Assembly: GCA_049519235.1 (NCBI GenBank)
Contig: JBEKQY010000004.1
Span: forward strand, 1-56,606
Source: Candidatus Korobacteraceae bacterium
GTDB lineage: Bacteria; Acidobacteriota; Terriglobia; Terriglobales; Acidobacteriaceae
Length of the DNA: 56,606 nt
Direction: 5' to 3'
Position numbers and translations under genes: made by a program
Notes under the pieces: generated by a model
Told to the model about the DNA's origin: nothing
Seen by the model: the letters and a program-made list of their open reading frames with translations, nothing else
Database searches by the model: none
Shown here: piece by piece, positions 36,601 through 45,370 of the stretch
How the letters are laid out: every line of letters begins with the position of its first letter
Numbering within the stretch: position 1 is the first letter of the stretch

Positions 36601-39364
36601 GAGTGCTGCCGGAAAGACTCTCGAACAGCTCGCGGCCACCATTGCGGAATCTGCCCAGGCAGGCGAAGCGGAGGGACCGCTTCCGGCGATACGCGGCATA
36701 GATAGCTGGGTGGGAATGGCAGTGGTGGAGGACCAGCCGCTGCCGCTTACTGCTCCCGCCATCGCAGCGCAGGTCCGCGGGCACTGGGATGTGCTTGGCG
36801 CGTTATCGCCCAACGCAAAGCGCATTGCGCAAGGTGTCGTAGGAGAGCTTTCAGGAGACGGCGTTCTGCTGCTCTACGATTCCACAACATCACTCGCGCT
36901 GCTGCTGAGTGCCGTTCAGCAGGCTCATCTCAAGCACTGTGCCTTGCTGGTCGTCTGCGATTCTTTAGCGCCGTCATTGTCGGGATTCGCTCGCAGTGTA
37001 TTCCTTGAAGGTGGCGCAAGCCGAGCACTTGTGGTGCGGCTGGATTTCGCCGATCCGGGTGCGCCGCAATGCATCCTTCAGGAATTCGGCAATCCCGCTC
37101 GCTTCGTAGAGAGCAGCTATATGTCCGGGCAGCGATACGAGCCCGTTGTACGGTTGCTGGAACCGGGCACAACCGAGGCGTCACCTTTCTTCACAGCGGA
37201 AGATTGCCTTCTAGTTCTGGGAGGCGGCAAGGGCATTGCAGCGGAATGTGCGTTTGAACTTGCCCGCAACTACGGCTTATCACTCGCTCTGGTGGGACGC
37301 TCTGACCCTTCCGCCGATAGTGAGCTAAGGAACAATCTCGACCGGCTGTCTCATGCCGGAATTCGCTTCCGCTATGAGCGCGGGGACGTCACCTCCGAGG
37401 AATTTTGCACTACCATCCCCGCTCTGGAAGCCGAGATGGGCCCCATCACCGCGATCCTGCACGCTGCCGGACTGAACCAGCCGAAGTCGCTGGCAGCCTT
37501 GACGGCGGCCGACCTGGAAGCGGCGCTTGCGCCGAAGCTTGCCCCGCTGGCGTCACTGCAAGGCGTGCTGGGCTTCGATCGTCTCAAGGCAGTCATCGCG
37601 TTCGGTTCGATCATTGCCCGTATGGGCCTCGCCGGTGAGGCCCATTATGCTCTTGCCAACGAACGGCTGCGTGAACAAATGGAAGAGCTTTCCACGCGCT
37701 ACACCAATTGCCGGTTTGGCTGCCTGGAATGGTCGGTGTGGTCTGGGCTGGGCATGGGGGAGCGGCTGGCCAGAGTCGATGAACTGGCACGGCAAGGAGT
37801 TGAGCCGTTAACGCCAGAGATGGGCACCAGAGCGCTTATCGATTTCCTGCAATCAGAATCTCCGGGCACGTCGGTCATTGTCACCTCGCGGTTCCCGTCC
37901 ATGCCGACTCTGAATGTCAGCAGGCCGGCCATCAAACCGTATCGCTTTCTGGAACGCACGCTTGTGGACTATCCGCATATCGAACTGGTGGCGGAGGCCG
38001 ACTTGGCGATACAAAAGGATTTGTACCTTAACGACCACAAGCTGGACGGAACGGTGCTTTTCCCCGCCGCTCTGGGTTTAGAAGCAATGGCCCAGGCGGC
38101 TACCGCGCTATTTAGAAAGAGCGGTGCCTTAACTTTATCCGACATTCGATTTGAGTCGCCCATTACGGTTGATGCTGCCAACGGAACGACGATCAGAATA
38201 GTGGCCCTCAGGCGGGATTTCGCCTCGGCTGACATCGTCATTCGCTCTAGCCAAACCGCCTTCCAGGTTGACCACTTCCGGGCGACCTGCTCGCTACAGG
38301 AAGGACCCAGGCCGCGCCCGCACAATCATCCGGTTCCTGCAACGCCGCTAATCGAGGGCGACGATCTATATGGCTTCATGCTTTTTCAACGTGGGCGCTT
38401 TCAAGCGGTGAAGGGATACCTCCATCTGGATTCGCGGTCCTGCACTGCGTTGCTCTCGCCCTCTGAACAGCAGTGGTTCAGTCAATTTCTGCCGCAGTCC
38501 TTTGTGCTTTTGAATCCAGCGTTTGCGGATGCGGCCATGCACGCCATACAAGCATGCATACCCCACCGAAAGCTCGCTCCCACAGCGATAAAGCAAATTA
38601 TCGCGCACTCTTCTTCCTGCAAATTGGAGACCGCGGTCTGTAAAGCGGTCGAGCGCGCTTCCAACCAGGACGAGTTTGTCTACGACCTCGACATCCAGGA
38701 TCAAGACGGAAATCCGCTGCAGTCATGGAAGGGACTCACCCTTCGCGCGGTGGCGGAAAACGATGCGACTTTGCTGAGTACCCCGGCCTTCATCGTGAAC
38801 ATGCTGGAGCGGCGGTGGCGCGAGATTACCGGGGACGACGGGGCAACTGTCTCGCTGCGGGAACAGGGCTCGGATCGCGTGCAGGTCTTAGAACCGCGCC
38901 CGCGGCGTGCCGATGGCAAACCGGCGCAATCCGGGCGGACCGCGGCACGCGCTTGGTCCGGCCGTACCCTGTTGGAACTCCGGTCTTCGCTTGACAGCAG
39001 TTGCGATCTGGAACGAGTCGTCACGCGCGACGAAGCCACCTGGCGCGACCTGCTCGGCGGGCCAGGATTTGAATCGGCGCTTTTCTTTTCTCAAGAGCAC
39101 GGTGAAGACCTGGACTTGTCGGCTACGCGCGCATGGTGTCTCGCCGAGTGCCTGAAGAAGATCGGAAAACCGGCATCCGCTCCGGTCACGTTGGCTGCCT
39201 GTCTGCCCGGCCGCTGGATGGTCATGCGGTGCGGCGGCTGCACGCTTTGCACGGTTCCAATTGTGGCTTCGGGAAATCGAATGGTCGCGGCATTTGCTGC
39301 CCGCTCACGGGCTACCCGCCACAACCTTCCGGCCGAGGTGGCACGTGCCTTCGTTTCTCTATGA
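33620..39364 (+). CDS. iterative type I polyketide synthase of the enediyne (PKSE) architecture: KS-AT-ACP-KR-DH-PPTase, 1914 aa
   Basis: KS: 'LDGACASSLLAV' (Cys ~aa 212), 'EAHGTGTAAGD', 'GHTKAAAG'. AT: 'AIGHSVGELVAL'. ACP-like: 'LTDLHLSSITVAQIAIE' (~nt 36510-36560). KR Rossmann: 'LVLGGGKGIAAECAFELA'. DH hotdog: 'HKLDGTVLFPAALGLE'. C-terminal PPTase-like: 'RAWCLAECLKKIGK'. The length is typical of PKSE. Confidence 0.85.
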   Translation: MADAIAIIGLGCEYPDASTPVELWHSVLAQRRSFRRIPRERLDLEAYWSPDRTDCDRTYCTKAALLKNFSFDRAAFGISGATFRATDLAHWLALSTAAKALNEAFADSEIVHWRETTGVFVGNSLTGEFSRASCLRVRWPFVESVLEGQLRAQGWSDSDAADFLRRCEEQYKAHFEPFSEDTLPGGLSNTIAGRICNFFDLKGGGYVLDGACASSLLAVINGCSALESRDLNVAICGGVDLSLDPFELVGFARNGALAADEMRVFDSNPTGFLPGEGCGFVVMMRLQDALAAGCNVRGVIRGWGISSDGQGGMTRPEPQGQLLALTRAYRRAGLDSSQVPYFEAHGTGTAAGDDAELTALAEAVRSPSGSPAVVSSIKAIIGHTKAAAGIAGLMKAMMALEFGTLPPTTGCITPHRILTEKPELLRAQSESSSWPQDRELLAGVSAMGFGGINTHVVLQSAGAVPRQIPASMRAACHSSQDAELFLFSADTSAALQAAVDSVVTKAASLSAAELTDLSAYLIRRTGRGQWKAALVARTAEELSREAAGLASWIGAGITNRYQYNDGIFLSSENRRLRLCYLFPGQGVSYCADDWPLYSRLVGDGALTEFAPLSADAGETEKAQVGISLQCLKQLRVLSSLAIQADAAIGHSVGELVALCWSGTIAESQLLEMVQARGRVMHHCSPSGGAMIAVMASAASVNGFLPAETVIAALNGSHIVVSGPVELIAKAEAICLEKNIHTVRLPVKYAFHSPAFAPAAKLFAAELEHHAFQKPTRTVFSTVTGNVFREDADLVRHLSEQIINPVRFESAVQQASAVVDLFLEVGSPGVLRDMVQAVSEVPVISWTPRSDTGLLTTAAVLHVSGSPVDLRRLVTTRFVRDFSPDARFDFLRNPCESLEDSQRERKACRVPQAVRPEEPVVAASIIPAGMQTGNVRQAALDKLLEIVSRKTELPKDRLQPSMNLLTDLHLSSITVAQIAIETARALGRKPLLAPTSAAGKTLEQLAATIAESAQAGEAEGPLPAIRGIDSWVGMAVVEDQPLPLTAPAIAAQVRGHWDVLGALSPNAKRIAQGVVGELSGDGVLLLYDSTTSLALLLSAVQQAHLKHCALLVVCDSLAPSLSGFARSVFLEGGASRALVVRLDFADPGAPQCILQEFGNPARFVESSYMSGQRYEPVVRLLEPGTTEASPFFTAEDCLLVLGGGKGIAAECAFELARNYGLSLALVGRSDPSADSELRNNLDRLSHAGIRFRYERGDVTSEEFCTTIPALEAEMGPITAILHAAGLNQPKSLAALTAADLEAALAPKLAPLASLQGVLGFDRLKAVIAFGSIIARMGLAGEAHYALANERLREQMEELSTRYTNCRFGCLEWSVWSGLGMGERLARVDELARQGVEPLTPEMGTRALIDFLQSESPGTSVIVTSRFPSMPTLNVSRPAIKPYRFLERTLVDYPHIELVAEADLAIQKDLYLNDHKLDGTVLFPAALGLEAMAQAATALFRKSGALTLSDIRFESPITVDAANGTTIRIVALRRDFASADIVIRSSQTAFQVDHFRATCSLQEGPRPRPHNHPVPATPLIEGDDLYGFMLFQRGRFQAVKGYLHLDSRSCTALLSPSEQQWFSQFLPQSFVLLNPAFADAAMHAIQACIPHRKLAPTAIKQIIAHSSSCKLETAVCKAVERASNQDEFVYDLDIQDQDGNPLQSWKGLTLRAVAENDATLLSTPAFIVNMLERRWREITGDDGATVSLREQGSDRVQVLEPRPRRADGKPAQSGRTAARAWSGRTLLELRSSLDSSCDLERVVTRDEATWRDLLGGPGFESALFFSQEHGEDLDLSATRAWCLAECLKKIGKPASAPVTLAACLPGRWMVMRCGGCTLCTVPIVASGNRMVAAFAARSRATRHNLPAEVARAFVSL

Positions 39365-39800
39365 ACACACCGTTTCGTTTGAGGAAACCAATGTCCTGGG
39401 AAATGTATATTTCACTAATTTCCTGAGGTGGCAAGGTATTTGCCGTGAGCTGTTTCTGAAGGAGCACGCTCCACAGCTACTATCGCAGCTCCCGGACACG
39501 AAGATTGCGACCTTGCACTGTTCGTGCTCCTACTATTGGGAGCTCTATGCCTTTGATCGAGTCACGGTTGAGATGTATCTTGGCAGTGCAGGCGAATCCG
39601 GCAAACCAGTTGAATCAGATGTACTCTGGATTTGCTTCAAGTACTGGAAGGACGCGGTTCCCGATAGATTGCTAGTAGGGGAAGGGGAACAGAAACTTGC
39701 TTTTATGTACTCGACGAATGGAAGCAAGTGGGACAGGGGTCCTATACCGGACTCTTTGCAAAACGCATTGGTGCCCTTTGGATTTACCAAGCTGCGCTGA
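39345..39800 (+). CDS. hotdog-fold (4HBT-type) thioesterase, TEBC / E10-like
   Basis: 'YEHTVSFEETNVLGNVYFTNFLRWQG' is the 4-hydroxybenzoyl-CoA-thioesterase-type N-terminus. The start is uncertain: GTG 39345 is proposed, overlapping the PKS end by 20 nt, whereas the ORF track opens at 39261. Confidence 0.7.
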   Translation: MPSFLYEHTVSFEETNVLGNVYFTNFLRWQGICRELFLKEHAPQLLSQLPDTKIATLHCSCSYYWELYAFDRVTVEMYLGSAGESGKPVESDVLWICFKYWKDAVPDRLLVGEGEQKLAFMYSTNGSKWDRGPIPDSLQNALVPFGFTKLR

Positions 39801-39815
39801 ACTCGGCGTTCGACA

Positions 39816-40439
39816 ATGAGCCGCCACGATCATATTGAAGAAAGTAGCGGGGACGACAACCATTCGGTTCCGCACCCTAAGCCTAAAATTCGCATCATTG
39901 AAGACCAGGATGCGACCGGCGAGACGGCGGCAGCCTACGACTTCTGGCGAACTGCTTCGGGCCGGCAACAGGTGCCGGGCATCATCAAGTGTTTTGGTGC
40001 ACGGCCTGACTTCCTGCGCCAGGTTGTGGAATTCTCCAACACCATCCATTTCTCCGACGGCCACCTTTGTCGCCGCCACAAGGAAATGATCGCCTGTTAT
40101 GTGTCGTATCTGAATCATTGTCCCTATTGAATGGACAGCCACGGATACTTCCTGCGTGTTCAGGGAGCCAGCGAGCAATGCGTAGCGGCGATTTTGGAAG
40201 GAAAGCTGGAAGAGGCAGGCCTGACTGCGGCCGAGTATGCCCTTCTGCAATATGCAGAACTGATAACCCGCGACGCTGCTCGCTCGTCCGCTGCTGATGT
40301 CGATCGCTTGCGCGGTTGTGGTTGGACAGAAGAACAGATCTCGGAGGCGGTCTATGTGATCGCGATGTTCGCTTTCTTCAATCGCATCGCCGATGCGTTT
40401 GGCATCCCATCCCAGAATTACCTGTTGTCGGGGCGATAA
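39816..40439 (+). CDS. AhpD/carboxymuconolactone-decarboxylase-family peroxidase-related protein, read through in-frame TGA 40128-40130 (candidate selenocysteine; C-P-Y-U-M-D-S-H)
   Basis: ORFs 39816..40130 and 40131..40439 are in the same frame, separated only by TGA. Joined, they give '..YVSYLNHCPY[TGA]MDSHGYFL..', i.e. the family CxxCxxxH motif with TGA at the second Cys. The combined length of ~207 aa is typical. Confidence 0.55.
40143..40169 (+). promoter_or_regulatory. candidate bacterial SECIS-like stem-loop downstream of the in-frame TGA
   Basis: Upper stem 40148-40154 (CTTCCTG) pairs with 40161-40167 (CAGGGAG): 7 bp including one G.U. 6-nt loop CGTGTT, with GU ~26 nt after the TGA. 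Possible 2-bp lower stem GG 40143-44 / CC 40168-69 across a 3-nt bulge. Folded by hand only. Confidence 0.3.
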
Positions 40440-40642
40440 ACCGTACGTCGACAAACCAAGTATTGTGTTCATCCTGCGGTACGTGATCCTCGGGGGCAGG
40501 ATGTGCTTGCGCCTGGCAAGTCTCAAAGCCGGGTCCGCAGAGTATTTTCCCAGAACCTGTTTCTGGTCTCGTTGGCCGATCAATTGCCTGTTGTTTTCGT
40601 GAACTGGGCCACTACGAATGGACTTGGGGTTCGTCGGCGCCC

Positions 40643-41062
40643 TCACCTACGGCTTAGAGGCGAATGAGGAATGATGATTCTCCGTCGTCCAAACAGCACT
40701 GCGTCGAGCGAGAACGCGCCGGGGCCAAGGAGCGCGATCGCCACATCGATGATGATTACGTTGAGGATCAATGGATTGCCGCGGAGTGAATGGATTGGAG
40801 ACGTCATAACCCAACGACGTATAATAGCACCAGTAAGAACAGCCCCAAGTATGGCAGCAGTCCTGGTCAAGATGCCCACGATCAGTGACGCACCAACTAC
40901 CAGCGCGAGCAAGCCAAGAACGAAACTGCTCAGGCTCGGATCGTTCGCGTCAGAGATAGACGGAACTGTGTAGACCACAAGGGCCGCACCGACCGCGATT
41001 CGCAGCAGCAGCAACCCCGCGCCGGGAGCTCTACCCGGAAATCCAGAATGTAGCCTCGCCAC
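40643..41062 (-). CDS. DoxX-like small membrane protein
   Basis: 139 aa, four hydrophobic helices, and a 'LLLLRIAVGAALVVY' N-terminal helix typical of DoxX-type proteins. Assignment by pattern only. Confidence 0.5.
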   Translation of the reverse strand: MARLHSGFPGRAPGAGLLLLRIAVGAALVVYTVPSISDANDPSLSSFVLGLLALVVGASLIVGILTRTAAILGAVLTGAIIRRWVMTSPIHSLRGNPLILNVIIIDVAIALLGPGAFSLDAVLFGRRRIIIPHSPLSRR

Positions 41063-41186
41063 AGGGCCTCCTCGGAATTGTTGGCCTTAGCCGCCACAAG
41101 AAGGCTACCGTCCCGGGAAGCCAGATAAATCCCTAAGCTTAGGATTTGTTTTGTAACACTTTCTCGGTATCAGCTTGCGAAGAGAG

Positions 41187-41816
41187 TCATAAGTGAATCA
41201 TGCCACGTTTGATTGCAATCGCAACAGCTTGTGTGCGGTCGTTAGCTCCGAGTTTCTCCATGATGTGTTTGATGTGTACCTTCACCGTCTCTTCGGAGAT
41301 GAACAATCGGTCCGCGATGTCGCGGTTGCGATTGCCTCCGGCGACGTGTTGAAGTACCTCAATTTCGCGTGCGGTGAGGTCTTCGTCGGCATAGTGTTCG
41401 GCCAGGTGCGCCGCAATGCCAGGGGGAATCCGCTTCCTGCCGGCATGGACAATGCGAACAGCATCGACCACATCCTTGGGCGGCATGCTCTTCAGGATGT
41501 AGCCTTGTGCCCCTGCCCCCAGCGCCCGCTGGATTTCCACGTCACCTTCCGAGGTGGTCAGCATAATGACGCGCGCATTGGGGAACTCGCTCCGAATTGC
41601 CAGCATCGCCTCGATACCGTTTTTGTCCGGAAGCCTGACATCCATCAGCGTTATGTCGGGTCGAAGTTCGCGAAACCGCTCCAGGGCCTCGGCGCCAGTC
41701 GACGCCTCACCCACAATGGACATGTCGGGCTGACTATTAATCAGGGTGCAGATTCCCTCCCGCAAAAGGGGATGGTCATCGACCGTCAGCACCCGAATGG
41801 GGGCCTGCTTGCTCAC
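41187..41816 (-). CDS. response regulator, NarL/LuxR family (REC + HTH)
   Basis: 'RVLTVDDHPLLREG', 'DITLMDVRLPDKNG', and the LuxR HTH 'LTAREIEVLQHVAGGNRNRDIADRLFISEETVKVHIKHIMEKLG'. Confidence 0.9.
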   Translation of the reverse strand: MSKQAPIRVLTVDDHPLLREGICTLINSQPDMSIVGEASTGAEALERFRELRPDITLMDVRLPDKNGIEAMLAIRSEFPNARVIMLTTSEGDVEIQRALGAGAQGYILKSMPPKDVVDAVRIVHAGRKRIPPGIAAHLAEHYADEDLTAREIEVLQHVAGGNRNRDIADRLFISEETVKVHIKHIMEKLGANDRTQAVAIAIKRGMIHL

Positions 41817-41825
41817 CGATTTCCC

Positions 41826-44800
41826 TCACTCTTTGGGCACGGAAATATCGCTCTTGGGCTTGGCAACCAACCAGGGGGTCAGCCATCGCCACAAGGATTT
41901 GGACGTCGTGGTTTCGAACGCCACCTTACCAGGCACGGTCAGCTGAACTTCAGTTCCGGCCCCTGGGCGGCTCAAAAGATTTAGTTTCGCGCCGATTCTC
42001 TCCGCTCGCTCCCGCATGTTCGAGAGCCCCCAATGACCTTCGCGTCCGGTTTGAAGCATTTTCGCGTCGATGCCCGATCCGTTATCCCGCACTGTGATAG
42101 TCAGGGTGCGGGCAGCGTACTCGATTTCGACTGCGATGCGGGAGGCGTTTGCGTGGCGGAACGCGTTAAGGATCGCCTCACGCGCGATGCGGCAGACTTC
42201 TTCGCGAATCACCGGATGTAACGTTCTGGGCTTGCCTTCCACAACAATCCGGAAGTCAGGCGGCGTTTGCGAGGCAAATTCCTCTTGAACGCGCGCCAGC
42301 ACCTGCTCCAGATCATTACCGTCGGAACCAGGTAAGCGCAGGCTGCGTATCGCAGCCCGACCTTCTTCACTCACCTGCTTCATCAGAGCAAGAACGCGCT
42401 GCACCAGCGGCTTTGCCGGCGAATCCGACGGCAAACGGTCGTTGGCGACGTCCAGTTGCATGTAAGCGCTGACGAAACCTTGCAGAAGAGTGTCATGCAG
42501 GTCGCGAGCAATCCGTTCGCGTTCCGCAAGACGTTCTTCCAGCCTCGTCTGCATGCGCGCCGCGACCCGCCGCAGGCGAAGCCGCAAGAATAACCAGAGC
42601 AGAAATGCCAAGATAGCACCGCACAATACTCGAAACCATGCGGTTTGGTAGTAGGCCGGCAAGATCGTGAAGCTCATCGTCGCGCCCGTCTCATTCCACA
42701 CTCCGTCATTGTTGCTGGCGATGACATGGAATCGATAGGAACCAGGCGCAAGATCAGTGTAGAAAGCTTGCCGGCGATCATGAGGATCCTGCCAATCGCG
42801 ATCGCGACCCTCCAACTGGTAGTGGAAGCGTACCTTCTGCGGGACTGTAAGGCTGAGGGCGGTGTAGTCAATTTCAAGATCTCGCGCTAAGGCGGGGAGT
42901 TGCAAATCTCCTGTCATCCCATAGGCTTTATGGTCGGCAATGACTTGCTCAATATGCACGGGCGGCGCCACATCGTTGTGGTGCAGACGACTCGGATCAA
43001 TTTCCTGCAGAATCGTCTGGTTCGCAAACCAGAGCTTGCCGTCAATCGAGCGGGAGGCAGTCGGGCGGAAATGGGTTATGCCCGTCTGAGCGCCGTCGAA
43101 TGCGTCGAGCAGTAGTGTCTTAACTGGGTGTGCAGGTTGCTGCCACCAGGTTTCGAGTTCGGAGCGAGCGATGGCGACATAACCGCACGCAGCGTCCAGC
43201 CACAAAGAACCGCGGTCGTCAGCCACGACTGTATTGATAGAGTCGCAGGGTAGACCGTTGCGGGAGTCGAGCCTCTGGGTCCGGCTCGCCTTCCAACGAA
43301 GCAAACCGTTGCCCGTTGCAGCCCATAGTGAGCCATCGGAATCGACAAGCAGGTTATTGATCGCACCAGAGCTTGGAGATGGAGCGGTCACGACCGTTTC
43401 GATCCGCCCTTGCCGGTATCGGGCGAGGTCGCCGTTGAGAAGTCCCAGCCAGATGCCGCCGGCTGAGTCAGCGGCCAAGGACTCTGCCCGTGGAACTCTC
43501 GGCGGAGAGATTTCCTCCTGGACAGCGAAATTGTGGATGCGAAGAAGAGCCGGAGTCGTTACCGCTGCCCAAATATCATGATCCTGATCTTCGGTGATTG
43601 CTACCACAACTCCCAAGGGTTTTCCGTTCGGCTCTTTGACCAATCGAAATCGGCCTTGCTCGTAGACCGTCAAGCCGCCATCAATTCCCACCCACAGCCG
43701 GCCGGAATGATCCTCGAACAGCGACGTCACCAGGCGGCCCGGTAATCCGTTGGCCTTGGTTATGGCGGACAGCTTGCCTTGACGCCAGAAATCGAGGGCC
43801 CCCACATTTGCGATCCATACCGTCCCGTCGTTGGCGGCGAGCACAGACTGCACGCTTTCGGTCGTCAGGCCTTCCCGCTTCGAAACCGTTGCTACCGGGA
43901 TATCGCGAAAGCGGTCGATGCCCTTCGTCGTAACAACCCACAGGTCGCCTTCCCGATCTTCATAGAAGCCGCTGACATTGTCGCTGGAGAGGCCATCGGA
44001 GCTGCCAAAGCGATCTACCTTGTCCTTATAGATCCGGAAGAGTTGGTTATTATCGGTTCCAACCCAGAGTCCACCATCGTGGTCGAGTAATAAGGCACTG
44101 ACTTTCACGCTGTCGCCATTGAATCCAGGTACAACAGAGTCCTTCCATGCTCCTCGTTCGAAGCGTTGCAACCCCAGTCCCTTTCCCGTCCACGCAGTGC
44201 CCACCCAAAGCGCGCCGTCCGGTTCAGCGGCTATCGCACTCACTCCTTGCAGGCCTTTGGCTCGTTCCAATTGTTTGGGAAGGTAGGCGTAGGCTTTCTC
44301 CGAGCCAGCATTCCACGAGCAGATTCCAGTCGAGCTGCCCACCCACACATTGCCAGAAGGGTCTCGTGCTATCGCCTGTACATAGAGGAAGGGAATTCCA
44401 TCCGACGGTCCGTAGCAACGCACTGGGCCGGAACCAGTGATCTTGCAAAGGCCGCCTTGCTGGTCTCGCACTCCGGAACGAACGATCCAGACCGTGCCTT
44501 GGGGATCCTGCAAAATGGATTCAACGTAGCCTGATGCAGCGGGGTAATCGACAAGGGTCCCATCCTTCCAGTGTGCCAGGCCGCGAACGGTTCCTATCCA
44601 GAGGCTGCCATCGCTGGCACCCAAGAGTGAGGAAATCCTGCGACTCGGAAGGCGTTTGCCTACGGGCGGTATCCACGGAACGACGCGAACTCCATCGAAG
44701 CGGACCAGACCAGCCTCGGTGCCGATCCAGAGGTATCCATCCGTGGTCTGCGTGATGGCGTGAGGAGTTCCGCTGAAGTCTCCGTCCTGAGTCCGCCAAG

Positions 44801-44960
44801 CGGTGTGTGCATACTGCGAAATCTGACGGCTCGGATCGAGGGCCATTCCTGAGGCACATAGCAGAACGAGCGCCAGCCAGAGCTCAAGCACTGGTGTGTG
44901 CAGATGCAGTTTGCCTCTTCTCCAACTCAACCCAGGCATTAATCCTTCCCCACACGCCAT
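41826..44960 (-). CDS. sensor histidine kinase with periplasmic two-component-regulator propeller repeats, HisKA_3 and HATPase_c
   Basis: At least 8 repeats of the type 'DG.LW(I/V)GT..G(L/I)' (e.g. TTDGYLWIGTEAGL, ASDGSLWIGTVRGL, DHDGGLWVGTDNN). TM helix 'AWFRVLCGAILAFLLWLFL'. 'ERERIARDLHDTLLQ' (H-box, HisKA_3). 'VRDNGSGI' (G1). Confidence 0.9.
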   Translation of the reverse strand: MACGEGLMPGLSWRRGKLHLHTPVLELWLALVLLCASGMALDPSRQISQYAHTAWRTQDGDFSGTPHAITQTTDGYLWIGTEAGLVRFDGVRVVPWIPPVGKRLPSRRISSLLGASDGSLWIGTVRGLAHWKDGTLVDYPAASGYVESILQDPQGTVWIVRSGVRDQQGGLCKITGSGPVRCYGPSDGIPFLYVQAIARDPSGNVWVGSSTGICSWNAGSEKAYAYLPKQLERAKGLQGVSAIAAEPDGALWVGTAWTGKGLGLQRFERGAWKDSVVPGFNGDSVKVSALLLDHDGGLWVGTDNNQLFRIYKDKVDRFGSSDGLSSDNVSGFYEDREGDLWVVTTKGIDRFRDIPVATVSKREGLTTESVQSVLAANDGTVWIANVGALDFWRQGKLSAITKANGLPGRLVTSLFEDHSGRLWVGIDGGLTVYEQGRFRLVKEPNGKPLGVVVAITEDQDHDIWAAVTTPALLRIHNFAVQEEISPPRVPRAESLAADSAGGIWLGLLNGDLARYRQGRIETVVTAPSPSSGAINNLLVDSDGSLWAATGNGLLRWKASRTQRLDSRNGLPCDSINTVVADDRGSLWLDAACGYVAIARSELETWWQQPAHPVKTLLLDAFDGAQTGITHFRPTASRSIDGKLWFANQTILQEIDPSRLHHNDVAPPVHIEQVIADHKAYGMTGDLQLPALARDLEIDYTALSLTVPQKVRFHYQLEGRDRDWQDPHDRRQAFYTDLAPGSYRFHVIASNNDGVWNETGATMSFTILPAYYQTAWFRVLCGAILAFLLWLFLRLRLRRVAARMQTRLEERLAERERIARDLHDTLLQGFVSAYMQLDVANDRLPSDSPAKPLVQRVLALMKQVSEEGRAAIRSLRLPGSDGNDLEQVLARVQEEFASQTPPDFRIVVEGKPRTLHPVIREEVCRIAREAILNAFRHANASRIAVEIEYAARTLTITVRDNGSGIDAKMLQTGREGHWGLSNMRERAERIGAKLNLLSRPGAGTEVQLTVPGKVAFETTTSKSLWRWLTPWLVAKPKSDISVPKE

Positions 44961-45370
44961 TCCACAGCCACTTTCAGCCGCGTCTTGAATCAGGGCCCGT
45001 CGCTCGATACAAGCGTTCTGGATTTGTAGGCTAAGTATAGGTGGGCGGACTGGGTTCGTGCAGAGAATCCTGGCCGAGTTGCCACAAGCTCACCTTTCAA
45101 AGCCCCACAGGCCTGGCGCACGGATTCGTCTGCCATCACCGATCTCCCTAGCGGGTGCAGGGTTGCGTCTGATCTACCCGATAGTGGTATCTCCGGCCAT
45201 CCCCCGCAGCGTTAGCCAAAAAACCACTTATCCCGTGATGTGCGTTGGGACGCCAAAGCCGCATAGTACCGGTATGCAAACGATAAGCACGCAGCCGATG
45301 GAGGAGCCAAGATCGGAATTGCAGGACCGGTAAGGGCGACATCAACGCGTGCCCACAGAACTCATGGAGG

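Noticed and set aside
39816-40439. Treating 39816..40130 and 40131..40439 as two separate genes, or as a simple nonsense pseudogene
   Set aside because: Not preferred. The halves are in one frame with a single TGA sitting exactly on a catalytic Cys column of a family known to include selenoproteins, and neither half is a complete domain. A pseudogene or sequencing error cannot be excluded without Sec-machinery and read evidence.
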